NCBI RefSeq assembly: GCF_039654945.1
Contig: NW_027361669.1
Span: 20,894,001 to 20,958,000 of the forward strand
Origin: Dendrobates tinctorius
Taxonomy: Eukaryota
DNA: 64,000 nt
Direction of reading: 5' to 3'
Positions 51,154-64,000 of this stretch are shown piece by piece; the first letter of the stretch is position 1, and each line of letters opens with the position of its first letter. The notes under the pieces are model-generated. The model did not search any database, had not been told where the DNA came from, and saw nothing but the letters and a program-made list of their open reading frames with translations. Position numbers and translations under genes: made by a program.

Positions 51154-52179
51154 TTAAGATAAGTCCAAGTATGAAACTGAGGTTTCTGTTAGATCACACA
51201 TAGAAACACATCACCACTTCTGGATTTATCACCCACTACTGGTTTTGTCTTAAAAATACTGATGTAAAATACTGACCAAATTTTAAACATGTTAACTTTG
51301 CTTTACAGATAGAAGGGCAACAAAGGCGATAACCCAAGAATTCAGAGATCTGCTAAATTGAGTACTTTTGTCAAGTACTAAGGAGTAACATCTTTTTAAG
51401 CATTGTGCTGCTCTCTCAGTCATTCATTTGAAACCTGCCTAATGAAAAAACTGAAAATAAAATGTTTCTCGTTAGCCGATAACATGATCATTGCCATAAT
51501 ATTTCTGATTGGAAAAAAGGGTTGTTGTTTTTTTCTAAAAAACAAACAAACAAACAAACAGCACCACATCAGTCTGTAGGTTACTTCCAGTATTGCAGCT
51601 CATCCCCATTCTAGTGAATAGAGCTGAACTAATGTTTCAGACACAGGTTGTAGACAAAAATTAGTGTTGTTTTTGGAAAAAAACAGCCCTTTTTTCTAAT
51701 CTTAGAGAATGCATCCAATGGTGGTCCTAATAAGGTATCTCAGCAGTCTTAAGAAGTTAGAAATACTTTCTAATTGTACAGTTCCCCAGTTTAATATAAT
51801 TTGTCTTGGAGCAAGAAAGTGATTGTCAGAGCAAACATACCATTCAAGTTTTGTCTACAAAGTTTTACCTACTTCTCATATTATGCTTGACTCCTCCACA
51901 GTAAGGCATGTGGAATTTTCTTGCGTTTTTCAAGAGTAAAAAACGCTGCAGTATAAAGCACCAGTAAAATGCATAAGATTTCTTACTTTCACGGTGTGCA
52001 TTTTAACTATCTATGTTTGTTTTTTCACAACTGCAGCATGTTAATTCTCTCACCATATTTCATTCATTGAAATACATATAAAAAAGATTGATTCTTCTCA
52101 GCAGGAGAAACAATATATGGTAATCTTATAGTTATGATACCTTTTTAATGGCTAAAAAAAAAAAAAGTAATGTTACAAA

Positions 52180-52216
52180 GCAAGCTTTCTAGTCTACTCG
52201 GGTCTCTTCACCAGGC
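52180..52216 (-). ncRNA. Decayed minimal hammerhead motif (Penelope pseudo-LTR type)
   Basis: Minus strand gc CTGGTGA a gagac-ccgagta-gacta GAAA gctt gc. Confidence 0.45.
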
Positions 52217-52250
52217 ATGGTATAACAAAATATTCTAAGAGGTAAATAGC

Positions 52251-52792
52251 CTAAGGGGTAAAGTTTCTCTTTATGGAAAGTGACAAGCAGTCCTAACATG
52301 TCAGAGTGAGGAGATTTACGTATATGCAAATTGCCTATTCAGAGAGGAAGAGAACTAGAACTCTAATGCCACCTATTTGGAGTAGCAATCCTAAAAGTTA
52401 ATATCAACCCTTTAACGAGCTTTGCCACAGGATTTAGGATAAAAGCCATACCAGAATTTCAATTTGCAGACACGGTGCTTTGGGGTGTTGCCCCTCATCA
52501 GTGCAAACTATGATATTTGAATATTTAATTTCCCAGAGGAACATGCATGGCGTATAAGGCTTGTCATTCTCCACAAGGACAAACCTTACCTCTTAGATCC
52601 CAGTCTTAAGCCTCCTACTTTGCCAAATCAAATCTCATACTTTTCCATTCCAAAACACCGTGTCTGAAAATTGAAATTTGGCTTTTACTCTGTCATGTGA
52701 CAAAGATTCATACTGACTTTTAGGATTGCTAATTCCAATAGGTGGGACTAGAGTTCAAGGCCTCTTCCTCTCTGAAGAGGCAATTTGCATAT
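52251..52792. mobile_element. Decayed second retrozyme-like family: two inverted monomers
   Basis: 52251-52515 (minus) and 52521-52792 (plus) are inverted copies; hammerhead relic at 52463-52507; perfect octamer in both. Confidence 0.7.
52463..52507 (-). ncRNA. Mutated type I hammerhead ribozyme
   Basis: UUUGCA CUGAUGA GGGG-CAACA-CCCC AAAG CACCGU GUC UGCAAA; GAAA changed to AAAG. Confidence 0.75.
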
Positions 52793-52863
52793 ATAAAGTA
52801 TCTGATGAACCTCAAATACATACATAAAAAAGCAGATACTTGACATAATAAATGGGTGTTTAA

Positions 52864-53356
52864 GGCCTGTTTCACACTTCAGTTTTTTGTGTCAGTTAAA
52901 ATCCGCCAAAAAGGCGGAAAGTGGATCCGTTCCTAACTGATGTGAACGGATGCCACCAGATCCGTTTTTTTGACGGATCCACCGAATGAAGAATTTTAAA
53001 GGAACCGCTGCCCGGGAAGGGGAGAGAGAGAGAATTTTTTTTTCTCTGTCCGCCAGAAATGATTTCAGGGTTAAATTTCCTCCTGACTTCATTCCTCCGG
53101 GCATGCGCTCTATAAAAATGCAGATCCTGCAGAAGAAAAAAACGTTACATGGTCCGTCCAGGCATCTCGGCGGACGCTAAAAAATTGACGGATCCTCAAA
53201 AAAACGGATCCAACGGATGGCCATCCGTCAAGATCCGCCGGTAATGCAAGTCAATGGAGAAAAAAACGGATCCACCAAAAAAAAATGGCGGATCCGTTTT
53301 TTTGCAAAAACGGCAGATTTTGACTGATGGTCAAAAACGGAAGAGTGAAACAGGCC
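52864..53356. mobile_element. PIF/Harbinger-type MITE
   Basis: TAA|ggcctgtttcacactt ... aagagtgaaacaggcc|TAA; internal acggatcc repeats. Confidence 0.88.
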
Positions 53357-53371
53357 TAACCAGGCTGATTA

Positions 53372-55990
53372 TTTAATGACCATGCCAAATTCTTGAAATC
53401 TGACACCAGTGACACTTAAAGTGGAAATAACTCTGGAACTCTACAATGCATCCCAGTGATTCAGATATCGTTTTTTGTGACATATTGTACTTCATGATGG
53501 TGTTAAAATGTATTTGATGTGACTTGTGTATTTTTGCAAATATCTGAAATTTAGCAAACATTTTGAAAATTTCGCTATTTTCAAACTTTTAATTCTTATG
53601 CCATTAAAACCACAGGGTTATGTCACCCAAAATAGTTAATAAACATTTACCACATATCTACTTTACATCAGCATAATTTTTTAAACATAATTTTTTATTT
53701 GTTAGAAAGTTATAAGGGTTAAAAGTTGACCAGCAATGTCTCGTTTTTCCAATAAAATTTATAAAACCATTTTTTTAGGGACCTAAGTGACTTTGGGGGA
53801 CCTATATAGCAGGAAATACCCAAATGTCACACCATTCTAAAAACTGCACTGATAAAAGTCCTCATAACAGTTGAAACCCCCAACAAGTGACCCCATTTTG
53901 GAAAACAGACCCCTCAAGGAATGTATCTAGATGTGTGCTGATCACCTTGAACCCTCAGATGCTTCACAGAAGTTTATAATGTAGAGCCGTGAAAATAAAG
54001 AATAAAGATTTTGCCACAAAAATGTTCCTTTAGACCCAAATTTTTTTTTTTCACAAGTGTAACAGGAGAAAATTTCCCCAAAATTTGTTGTAAAATTTCT
54101 CCTAAGTACACCAACACCCCATATGGGGGGGAAATTACTGTATGGACACACGAAGGGGTCTGAAAGGAAGGAGTGATGTTTTGGATCGCAGACTTTGATG
54201 GACTCCTCCGTGGTTGTCATGTCGTTTTTGTAGAGCCTGTGATGTGCCTAAAGAGTGGAAACCCCCCATAAATGACCCCATTTTGGAACCCAAACCACTC
54301 AAAGAATGCATCTAGGTGTGTAGTGAGCATTTTTAACCTATAGGAGATTCACAAAACTTTTTAACATTTAGATGTGAGAACAATGCTTTAATTTTTTTCC
54401 ATTAAAATACTGATTTACCTGTAAATTTACAATTTACAAGAGGGTTAATGGGAGAATTTTAACCCCACAATTTGTTATGCAATTTCTCCTGAATGTGGCA
54501 ATAACCTATATGTGGTTGTACACTACTGTTTGAGCACACGGCATGGATCAGATGGGAAGAAGCGCTACTTGGCTTTCAGAATGCATATTTAGTTTGAATA
54601 GATTGTGGGCTCCATTAGCTGAGCCCCTGAGGTGCCAGAACAGCAAAACACCCCCCTCCCCCAGGTGACCCCATATTGGAAACTTCACTGCCTAAGGAAT
54701 TCATCTAGGGTTGTAGTGAGTATTTTGAATCCATAGATGATTCAGTTTTATAGCATTGAGGCATGGAAATATGACAATATAATGGTAAAAATGTAATTTT
54801 TGTATTTGCTGCAAATCTGTCAGGTACACAAGGGTTAATAGATGAATCTGGATCACATTTCTCAAGAATGCGGTGATGCCCCATATGTTGTCAGAAATTA
54901 CTGTTAGGCCACATGTCAGGGCTGAGAAGGAAGGAGAGCTATTTGGTTTTTGGGGCACAGATTTTTGTACCCAGCTTGTGCTTTTGGCAACACACACCCT
55001 GTAAAGTAAGTGTGGTTTAGACACAGTGGGACTCAGAAGGCGGGGGCATTTGGATTTTGGAGCTCAGAATTTACTGAATTTTATTTGAGGGGGCGAGAGC
55101 CATGTCGCTTTTCCAGAGTCTTTGTGCTGCCAGTAATGCTGGAACCCCATAACATTTTGAGGTGCATAACATTTTTTGATCACTTCCAGAATAAGGTTGG
55201 ATCACCTTCTTGTGTTCTACGCTGAGAATTTACGTTGGGGTTTCCGTGTAAATCCCACAAAAATATGATTCAGACAAAAACCCCTAAGAGAACCACTCAC
55301 TATAATGAAGCAGATGGTGTCACTTCATACTCTGCTCTGGTGGTAGCCATCTTTTTAGGCGTGCACAGATCTGTGGTCATCCACACTTGTGCGCTAAAAA
55401 GACGTCAAAAATAATGGGACACCAGAGGAACAGAGACCAGTCCAAATTGACTTCAACTGCCTCATAAGTGAGTGGTTCCGTCCAGGGATTTGTCTGAATC
55501 ACAGTTTTGGGGAATTAACACGGAAACCCTGACGTAAACGCTCAGTGGAGAGTGCAGGATAAATGTGAGCCAAGCCTTATTCTGATTTTTGGTAGGTAGT
55601 ATGAACAAACAGACAGCAGTACAAGAATAGTTGTTTTTTTTGTGCAGTTCACTGTGCAGTATAAGTGATAAAGAGAATTTATTCCTTGGGTTAGTGTGAT
55701 TACAGCTAAACCAGATTTATATCGTGTTTTTTTTTCTTTTTTTTTTCATTTTTGCTGCTATCACACAGTAAAAAAGGGTTTTTTTTATAAAATTTAGTTT
55801 TTTTTGCAGCCATATTCTGAGACCTATAACTTTTTTTTATTTTTTATTGAACAGAGCTGTATGAGGGCTTATTTTTTGTGGGATGAGTTGCAGATTATTT
55901 TGGTACCATTTTATGATACGTAATATTTTTTGAGCGCTTTTTATTCAAAATTTTCAGACACAGAATGAGCAAAATCCTGCAATTCAGTTA
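53372..55990 (+). mobile_element. Older diverged relative of the satellite-bearing piggyBac-type element
   Basis: Collinear similarity to 31730-35100 (aactctggaac..., gtgacatattgtacttcatg, subrepeats). Confidence 0.78.
55195..55576. mobile_element. Harbinger-type MITE
   Basis: taa|ggttggatcacc ... gtgagccaagcc|tta; imperfect TIR with inverted internal arms. Confidence 0.55.
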
Positions 55991-56197
55991 TTGTTTTTCG
56001 TAAATCAGGGTTTTATTGATTGTTTTACAGTCAAATTAGAATATTCATACAATTAAAGATGCAAAAGACAAAACATGGCATATCTTAAGTTCACTAATGT
56101 ACATAATAACACAGCTTTTTGTAAATGAGTTTGTAGATAATTAAATGATGCTTAAGTGAAGACATAAAGAAACTATCTGAAACACACATAGGTTATA

Positions 56198-57851
<1,654 letters not shown>

Positions 57852-59599
57852 TACAAGCATTCCAATGTGGCTTATAATGAGAAAGGTAGCGGAAAACGGA
57901 AGATGAGTAGCGTGCATATTAAAACAGGCTAGAGGCAGTTAAAAGTACGGTGGAGTAAAGAGAAAGAAGGAGATGGTGGAGGAGAGTAAGAGAGAGGAGT
58001 GGGAGAAAGGTCTGGTTACTGTATGATTTATTCTAGTTGTTATGATGACAGGTCAGGGTCAGGTAGTACCACATTAGGATAAGTAAGTAAATATGAGTTA
58101 TTTTGTGGTTGCTAGGTCACTTAGTTTAACCAGATAGTCAGTTCCTCAATCTCTCTGAACGCAATGCAAAGTGCCCAGGTGTTATATATCTTATCCGAAT
58201 TTCTGGTAGTTTGGCCTATCAATTGCTCCATTCTAAAGATATTATTAAGTTCTGTGACAAAATCAGTGTGTGATGGGGAATTTATTTGTTTCCAGAAGTG
58301 GGGAATTAGATTTCTTATAGCTGTTAAGAAATGTCTGAGTAAGCCTTTCTTAAATCTGGAGATAGAGATGTCACATAAAGATAGACTTTGAATAGGTGGG
58401 CATGACCACCATATGTATGAATACGAGCCCTTTTCCTTCCAACATCTCCAACATATGTTTGGAGTTGTAGGGAACATGGAATGAACATTGGTTGGGAATC
58501 TATACCACCGAGTTAATAACTTGTAACTTCTCTCTTGGGACACTGAGCAGAGAGAGAGAATCTGAATGTGAATAGGAGAATCCTAGAGCGGTCCTCAGGT
58601 GCTAGGGGTGTACCCAATTCACTCTCCCATCTTGAGAAGAATAAAGGGGGATCGTGCAATGTCATTTGATTCTCTTGGAATATCCCATATAGTAAAGAGA
58701 TGGTATGGTCCGGAGGGCTTTCCATTAGGCACTGAGATTCAAAAGAGGTAAGTGGCCTAAAATGTTGGTTTGCTTGGATATTGTGTTAATAAAGCTTTTA
58801 AGTTGTTCATGGAGGAACCATGAGCCAACTGGAGGTACGGTTTCAGGGAAAATTTCCTGTAATGTTTTCGTACTGGAGTGGTGTATGTAGTCATAAACAA
58901 TTGGGTATTTGTCTTTATGTTTGCTTAGAAAGATTGCTTTAATTTAAGCCTGCAGGAAAAGCTGGATTGTTGGAAATTGGAGTTAATGGGCCTGGTATGG
59001 ATGACATGTAGAGTTTTCTGTTGCCAAGTCTGATGAATGGGACCAAGTTCCTAGTGAGAAAGGGGAAGACGCCGCTCTGTTCATCTGCGCCCCTCGCTGA
59101 CCATAAAGTCGCCAGAGTATTATGTTGGGAAAGAGCTACCTCCAAGTCTACCCATTTATTGCTATTTTTTATGGTGGAATAGGTCTAGAATACAGGTTCC
59201 GAGTGATGCATAATTAGAGAGAGAAAAATCCGGAAGACCCAATCTCCCCGCCTGCTTTAATCTGCTTAATAAAAAGTAAGATATGTGTGGGCGCTTGTTG
59301 GACCACACAAATCTTGTTATTGCCTTTGAGTCTGGAAAAAAGGAAACTAGAAGAAACAGGGGGATCGGTAAAAGGTCCATTTTGATTGTATAAATCCTTC
59401 CAAATGAGGATAGGTGTAATTTATTCCATTTCTCTAGATCAAGTTCCATCTTATGTAGAGCTGTCTTAGGCTATGTGCCCATGTTGCTTGTTCAAACGCA
59501 CACCAAAAACCGGACTCCTTCCCAGAAATCGCGTGTTTTTTTCCACGCGATTTCACCGCGATTTTCGTGTGCGATATTCAAGCACTTTCCAAGCGATTT

Positions 59600-60800
59600 G
59601 AAGCACAGCATCAGCATCTGCGACCAGTACAGGTGTGAACGTCAGCAGTGGGCCAGGAGTGGTGATGCGGGCCACACAAAGCGCAAATATATATATTAAG
59701 ATCGCCTCTCCTTCCCTCTCCTATTCTGGATCTGAGACCGTAAGTGGATACCTCACACCACGTTACACAGATACTTTACAGGGACCAAAGTAATGTTTTT
59801 AATTTTGGCTATGTTCTATTTCATAACAGAACTCAGTCAAACCTTAGGGAAAGGGAAACTGGCTCAGATACAGAGCCCATCATCTATCCTGTGGGTGGAG
59901 GGGAAGAGGTGGCTGGCCCATCTTCTCCCCCTCCAAGAAGCATGGGTGATGTTTTCTCTCCTGAAAACCCAGCGCCTGCACCACAAACCCCACCATCAGG
60001 AGCACATCCACAAGCAGGACCGTCTGCTGCAGCACCATCTGCCATACAGGATGAGCAGGGCAACATCAGCAGCAGCCCAACTGCCCAGATACAGGGTTCC
60101 CCACAGCCTGCTGGACCATCCCGGTGAGGAAGAAGAAGGCGCCAGATCCCTGCCCAAGATACCCGTACCAATGTTGACACAGGGTACTGAACTATCTTGC
60201 TCAAGTCAATAATGATGATGGGGAGGAGGCATACTCACGCAGCCTGGCCCGTTATCTTCGGTCCCTTTCCCGTGAGGTGAGGCTACGTATTTGAGGAAGT
60301 TTTCAGATCCTGCTTGATGTAAGCACACACCCCAATACCCCATATGAGTTATTTGAATATCTGGAGCGGTGGTAGCTTTCCCTAAGGAATCTGATGCACC
60401 TTAGACACCCCACACACATGCTTGCTCAAGCAGGCTCTGAGGATCCTCAAACACGTGGGCCTACACCTCACCCCCTTCCTCCCCCTACCCAACCTTGCCC
60501 ACAGCAGCCACATATGTCTGCCTCTAGCCAACCTCACCAATATGGCCACTTGTTCCCACCCAGTGTTGGAGGCTGGTCCCAACCTGGTTGGGAATGACAT
60601 GGCTATTTTGGTGGGTATGAGCCACGGGCCTACCAACAAGAGGCCCCTCTACAATTTCAGTCAGCCCAGTACCCACCACAATCACAGGAGGCAGTACACT
60701 ACCCACATCATGTGCAACAGTATGACCCCACAGAGGGCGAGGGCCAAGTTAGTTTGGTCTTCCGCCTTCTCCTCCCCCGACCTACCAACATTTGTAATGT
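59600..60800 (+). pseudogene. Harbinger second gene (Myb/SANT/MADF-type partner), 5' part deleted; intron 59740-59829
   Basis: RSGDAGHTKRKYIY..PILDLRP|TQSNL, P/S-rich linker, NDDGEEAYSRSLARYLRSL; family assignment from position and general architecture. Confidence 0.65.
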
Positions 60801-61099
60801 AGGAACATTGGTCTTGCATAATTGTTTTCCTTTTTTTGGGTTCTGAAAATGTGTTGCTTGTAACTTTGCAAATCTGTAAAAAGGCCACTTTGGGCCATTG
60901 CCATATTTACCATATGGCAATAATAGGTGTTTAAAAAAAAAGGCAAAAGTAAAAATTTGTCTACAACATTTTATGTCTTTGTCTCAATTATGAAAAAAGT
61001 TATCAGCATACTAACGTACGCTTACCAAGGCAATCAAACAGTGAGAGTATCATAAGGGGCTGAAATATATATATATTTACACAGATAGAAATCAAAAAT

Positions 61100-62588
61100 T
61101 TATAACATAGACACAGCATGCTCTTGCCAAGAAGTTTCCCCATCAGGTGACATAAAATAATTTGTGAAAATATCACGCACTTTGAGACCAGAGAGCGGTC
61201 TACGTGGAGGGTTGATATGTGGTCTCGCCCTACGCACATTGTCTGACCCACGCAGACCACCAGCAGAGGAGGAACAATCATGTATTCTGGTGAAGTTATG
61301 AAGAACGACACATGCTTTGATAACTTCATTCACATTTTGTTCACTCAGCTGAATGGAGACTGGAGGACCCGCCATTTGGCACAAAGAATGCCAAAGGAAC
61401 ACTCCACCAGTCGCCGAACACGTGATAGGCGCAAGTAAAAATTTCTGCGCCGGTGGTCCAGGTTGCGCCGGGGATATGGTCTCATGACATTGCGCGTTAA
61501 CTGAAACGCCTCATCTGCCACAAGGACATAAGGGACTGATTGTTGAGTGGAGCCTGGTAGCTGGCGTTGTGGGGATAAATCCAACTGGTTGGTGCGTAGC
61601 CGCCGACCCATAATGGAACTATTGAAGACTCTAGAGTCTCCCGCCCTTCCGTAGGCCCCAATGTCGACAATTATAAACTTGTATACAACAGAAAAGTATT
61701 GCTTATAATTGAACAATTGGGAGCCAGAGTTCGGCGGCTTACACACCCGGATATCTTTGCCATCAAGGGCCCCAATACAATTAGGAAACTGGCATTCCTC
61801 CTCAAAGTCCCTTGAGATACTCAACCAGTCTTCCATCCTGGGCTCGGGCATGACGAGTTGATGTAGACTTGACCATATCTCACTACATGTCGACCTGACT
61901 ATGACAGAAATGGTAGATCTTCCAATGAGAAACTCATGGTGGAGGGCGGCATAAGACAGGTCAGTGGACAGGAAGCTGAAGAACAACAGAAATGGAACAG
62001 TTTAGAAGACAAAAATGATAAATAGACCAGCTACAGACATACCAAACCTTTTCTTGTTTCATATCTACTAACACACATATTTTTTCTAGCATAATGACTA
62101 CGTGATATTCAGTACATATTACACATAACATTCTGGTATGTGATTTTTAATATATGTGGACTAAAATGAGGGCAAAAAAATTATTCCAAAAACAAAAATA
62201 CACACACTTTGGGCAACACATCATGAACATACAGAATGTGGTTGTGTAGTACATACCGTAATGTGAGTAGAAGTCGCTCCTCTGCAGATATAGCTTTGTG
62301 CATCCTTGTGTCCTGAAAGGTTATCCCAGGGCGCACTGTCTCCAAGAGTAGATCAAATGTTGCAACGCTCATGCAACAGTATTGGAAAAAATTTTCCGGA
62401 TGATCCCACAGAGAATAGAGCCGGTGAAAATGACCTCTTGTGAGTCGTTGCCTCAAAAGTGGATGGACCCACATGCGTCTCCTCCTCCGCTGATCCACTA
62501 TCACTGGGTATGGGTGACCAAAGTGGCATGACAAAAGCCAGTTGAAGAGAACCTGCTCAGCTGTGTTGAAACTCAGACTGTCTGCCAT
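61100..62588 (-). pseudogene. Harbinger/HARBI1-like DDE transposase with intron 61976-62256
   Basis: WVHPL, ISAEERLLLTLR|FLSTD, FPNCIGALDGKDI, FNYKQYFS, VADEAF, MRPYP, RRLVECSFGIL, ACVVLHNF; frameshifts. Confidence 0.92.
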
Positions 62589-62884
62589 GTTGCACATACA
62601 ACACCAACACACCTAGTCAAGGCAAGGTCACAAATGGACAAAATGGAGGCAGCCATCTGTTCCAGAGCCAATAAATAGGGTGTAGGCTAATGATTTAAAT
62701 GGTTAGCAGGCCTCAAAACCGTTAAATGTCCATTTTGCAAGCCTGCATGTGAAAAATACGCGACCACACCTTGCTTACGGATGACATACGGAGCACTATT
62801 TAGAGGACATTTCTCCGTATTACGCATGTAAAATACGGACCTTATTTTGCATCGGTTAGTGTAACCCCAGCCTTTATTTCATTG

Positions 62885-63211
62885 CAGCCATCTGGTAAAT
62901 TCAAAAAAGTTCATTTCATTTTTTTTTCTCATTAATGCACACTCTGCACCCCATCTTGACTGAAAAAAACAGAAGTGTAGAAATTTTTGCAAGTGTATTG
63001 AAAATGAAAAACTGAAATATCACATGGTCATAAGTATTCAGACCCTTTGCTCAGACACTCATATTTAACTCACATGCTGTCCATTTCCTTGTGATCCTCC
63101 TTGAGATGGTTCTACTCCTTCATTGGAGTCCAGCTGTGTTTAATTAAACTGAAAGGACTCCATTTGCAATGGCACACATCTGTCTATATGACCTCACAGC
63201 TCACAGTGCAT
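62885..63211. mobile_element. Internally deleted fragment of another Tc1-family terminal region
   Basis: taagtattcagaccctttgc...cttgagatggttctactccttcattggagtccagctgtg resembles IR/DR Tc1 ends. Confidence 0.55.
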
Positions 63212-63659
63212 GACACAATCTCAAATACAGATATCATAATCAGAATTCGGGATCTAAATAACCCTAGTAAGGGTATAAACCCTGTGAAGCTCCCAAGCAA
63301 CATTCAAACACCAAAACATGGAGCAAACACACAAACAAAATAATTTTTTGAATAGAATAAAATGTCAAATTCTTTAATGGCATAATAAATAAAAAACAAT
63401 CACTGAATGAATAGTATATAAACAGAGCTATCCGAATAAGACCATAGATGCCAAGATGTACAACATGATACTACAAACAAGACACAATAATGGGGCAAGG
63501 TAATACATAATTAACAAAAAAATCCCTAATCAAATAATCCATTCAGAATAAAGTGCCAGTGCATACTCTCCAAAAGTTATAAGGACGGACAAATCCTAAA
63601 TGCCATATAGGTATTTTCATTTTTTAATTGTTCAATAACAATATAATTTTTAAGCTTAA

Positions 63660-64000
63660 CCACTTTTTCAGTGATAAGTTGTTTATTGACATTCTCTTCA
63701 ATGGATTTAAGTTAATTATCAAATTTGTCTAAAGAAATCTCATTGGATCTGATTAACAACTCCAAAAATGTTTTGGAACATTGAGAGGCTGCCCCTTCCC
63801 AAGCCTTAATGAAATCATCGTCCTTGATGGGGAAGGATGGGAAGACTTGGACTCTCAATCCACGTGGTATGAAACCGCATGCCACATCTTTTTCTAAAAA
63901 TGCCTTGTTCCACCAAAGGCGGGTACGTTTACTGAGCAGCTCTTTATATATCCTAGTAAGTTCAACCTCATCTCTGGACTGTTGATCACAAGGGACAACA
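63660..64000 (-). pseudogene. N-terminal coding region of another Penelope-like element (continues beyond the window)
   Basis: Minus frame YKELLSKRTRLWWNKAFLEKDVACGFIPRGLRVQVFPSF..AWEGAASQCS; the IPRGLR motif is typical of the vertebrate Penelope-like N-terminus. Confidence 0.6.

Larger units (their letters stand above)
59469..62852. mobile_element. Decayed autonomous-type Harbinger transposon with two convergent genes
   Basis: Left end tta|ggctatgtgccca; transposase on minus, partner gene on plus; the right end (gtgtaaccccagcc) does not match the left TIR. Confidence 0.8.

Noticed and set aside
61100-62588. Host HARBI1 gene
   Set aside because: Frameshifted and paired with a convergent partner gene within transposon-like ends

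Overview
Eukaryotic, repeat-dominated DNA; the transposon repertoire and a frog-type TRIM B-box fragment suggest an anuran genome (inference). No intact host gene is evident. The window is a stack of nested mobile elements: Penelope-like retroelements (RT + GIY-YIG), L1 and L2 LINE relics, two solo LTRs, a V-SINE, three Tc1/mariner copies, many PIF/Harbinger and TTAA-type MITEs, a decayed two-gene Harbinger with spliceosomal introns, a TTAA piggyBac-type non-autonomous element carrying a satellite and telomere-like repeats, and one apparently intact 7.4-kb hAT transposon (8-bp TSD, 1177-aa transposase). The most striking feature is a very young array of 6.06 x 352 bp (27343-29475). Each unit encodes a complete type I hammerhead ribozyme on the minus strand. 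The array is flanked by a 9-bp target-site duplication, has a ~21-nt terminal redundancy and carries octamer/SPH-like motifs, which fits a retrozyme (satellite-2-like) copied from a circular or multimeric RNA. A second, decayed family with an almost identical stem II occurs at ~52.25-52.8 kb, and five further minimal hammerhead motifs lie in Penelope-type pseudo-LTR DNA.
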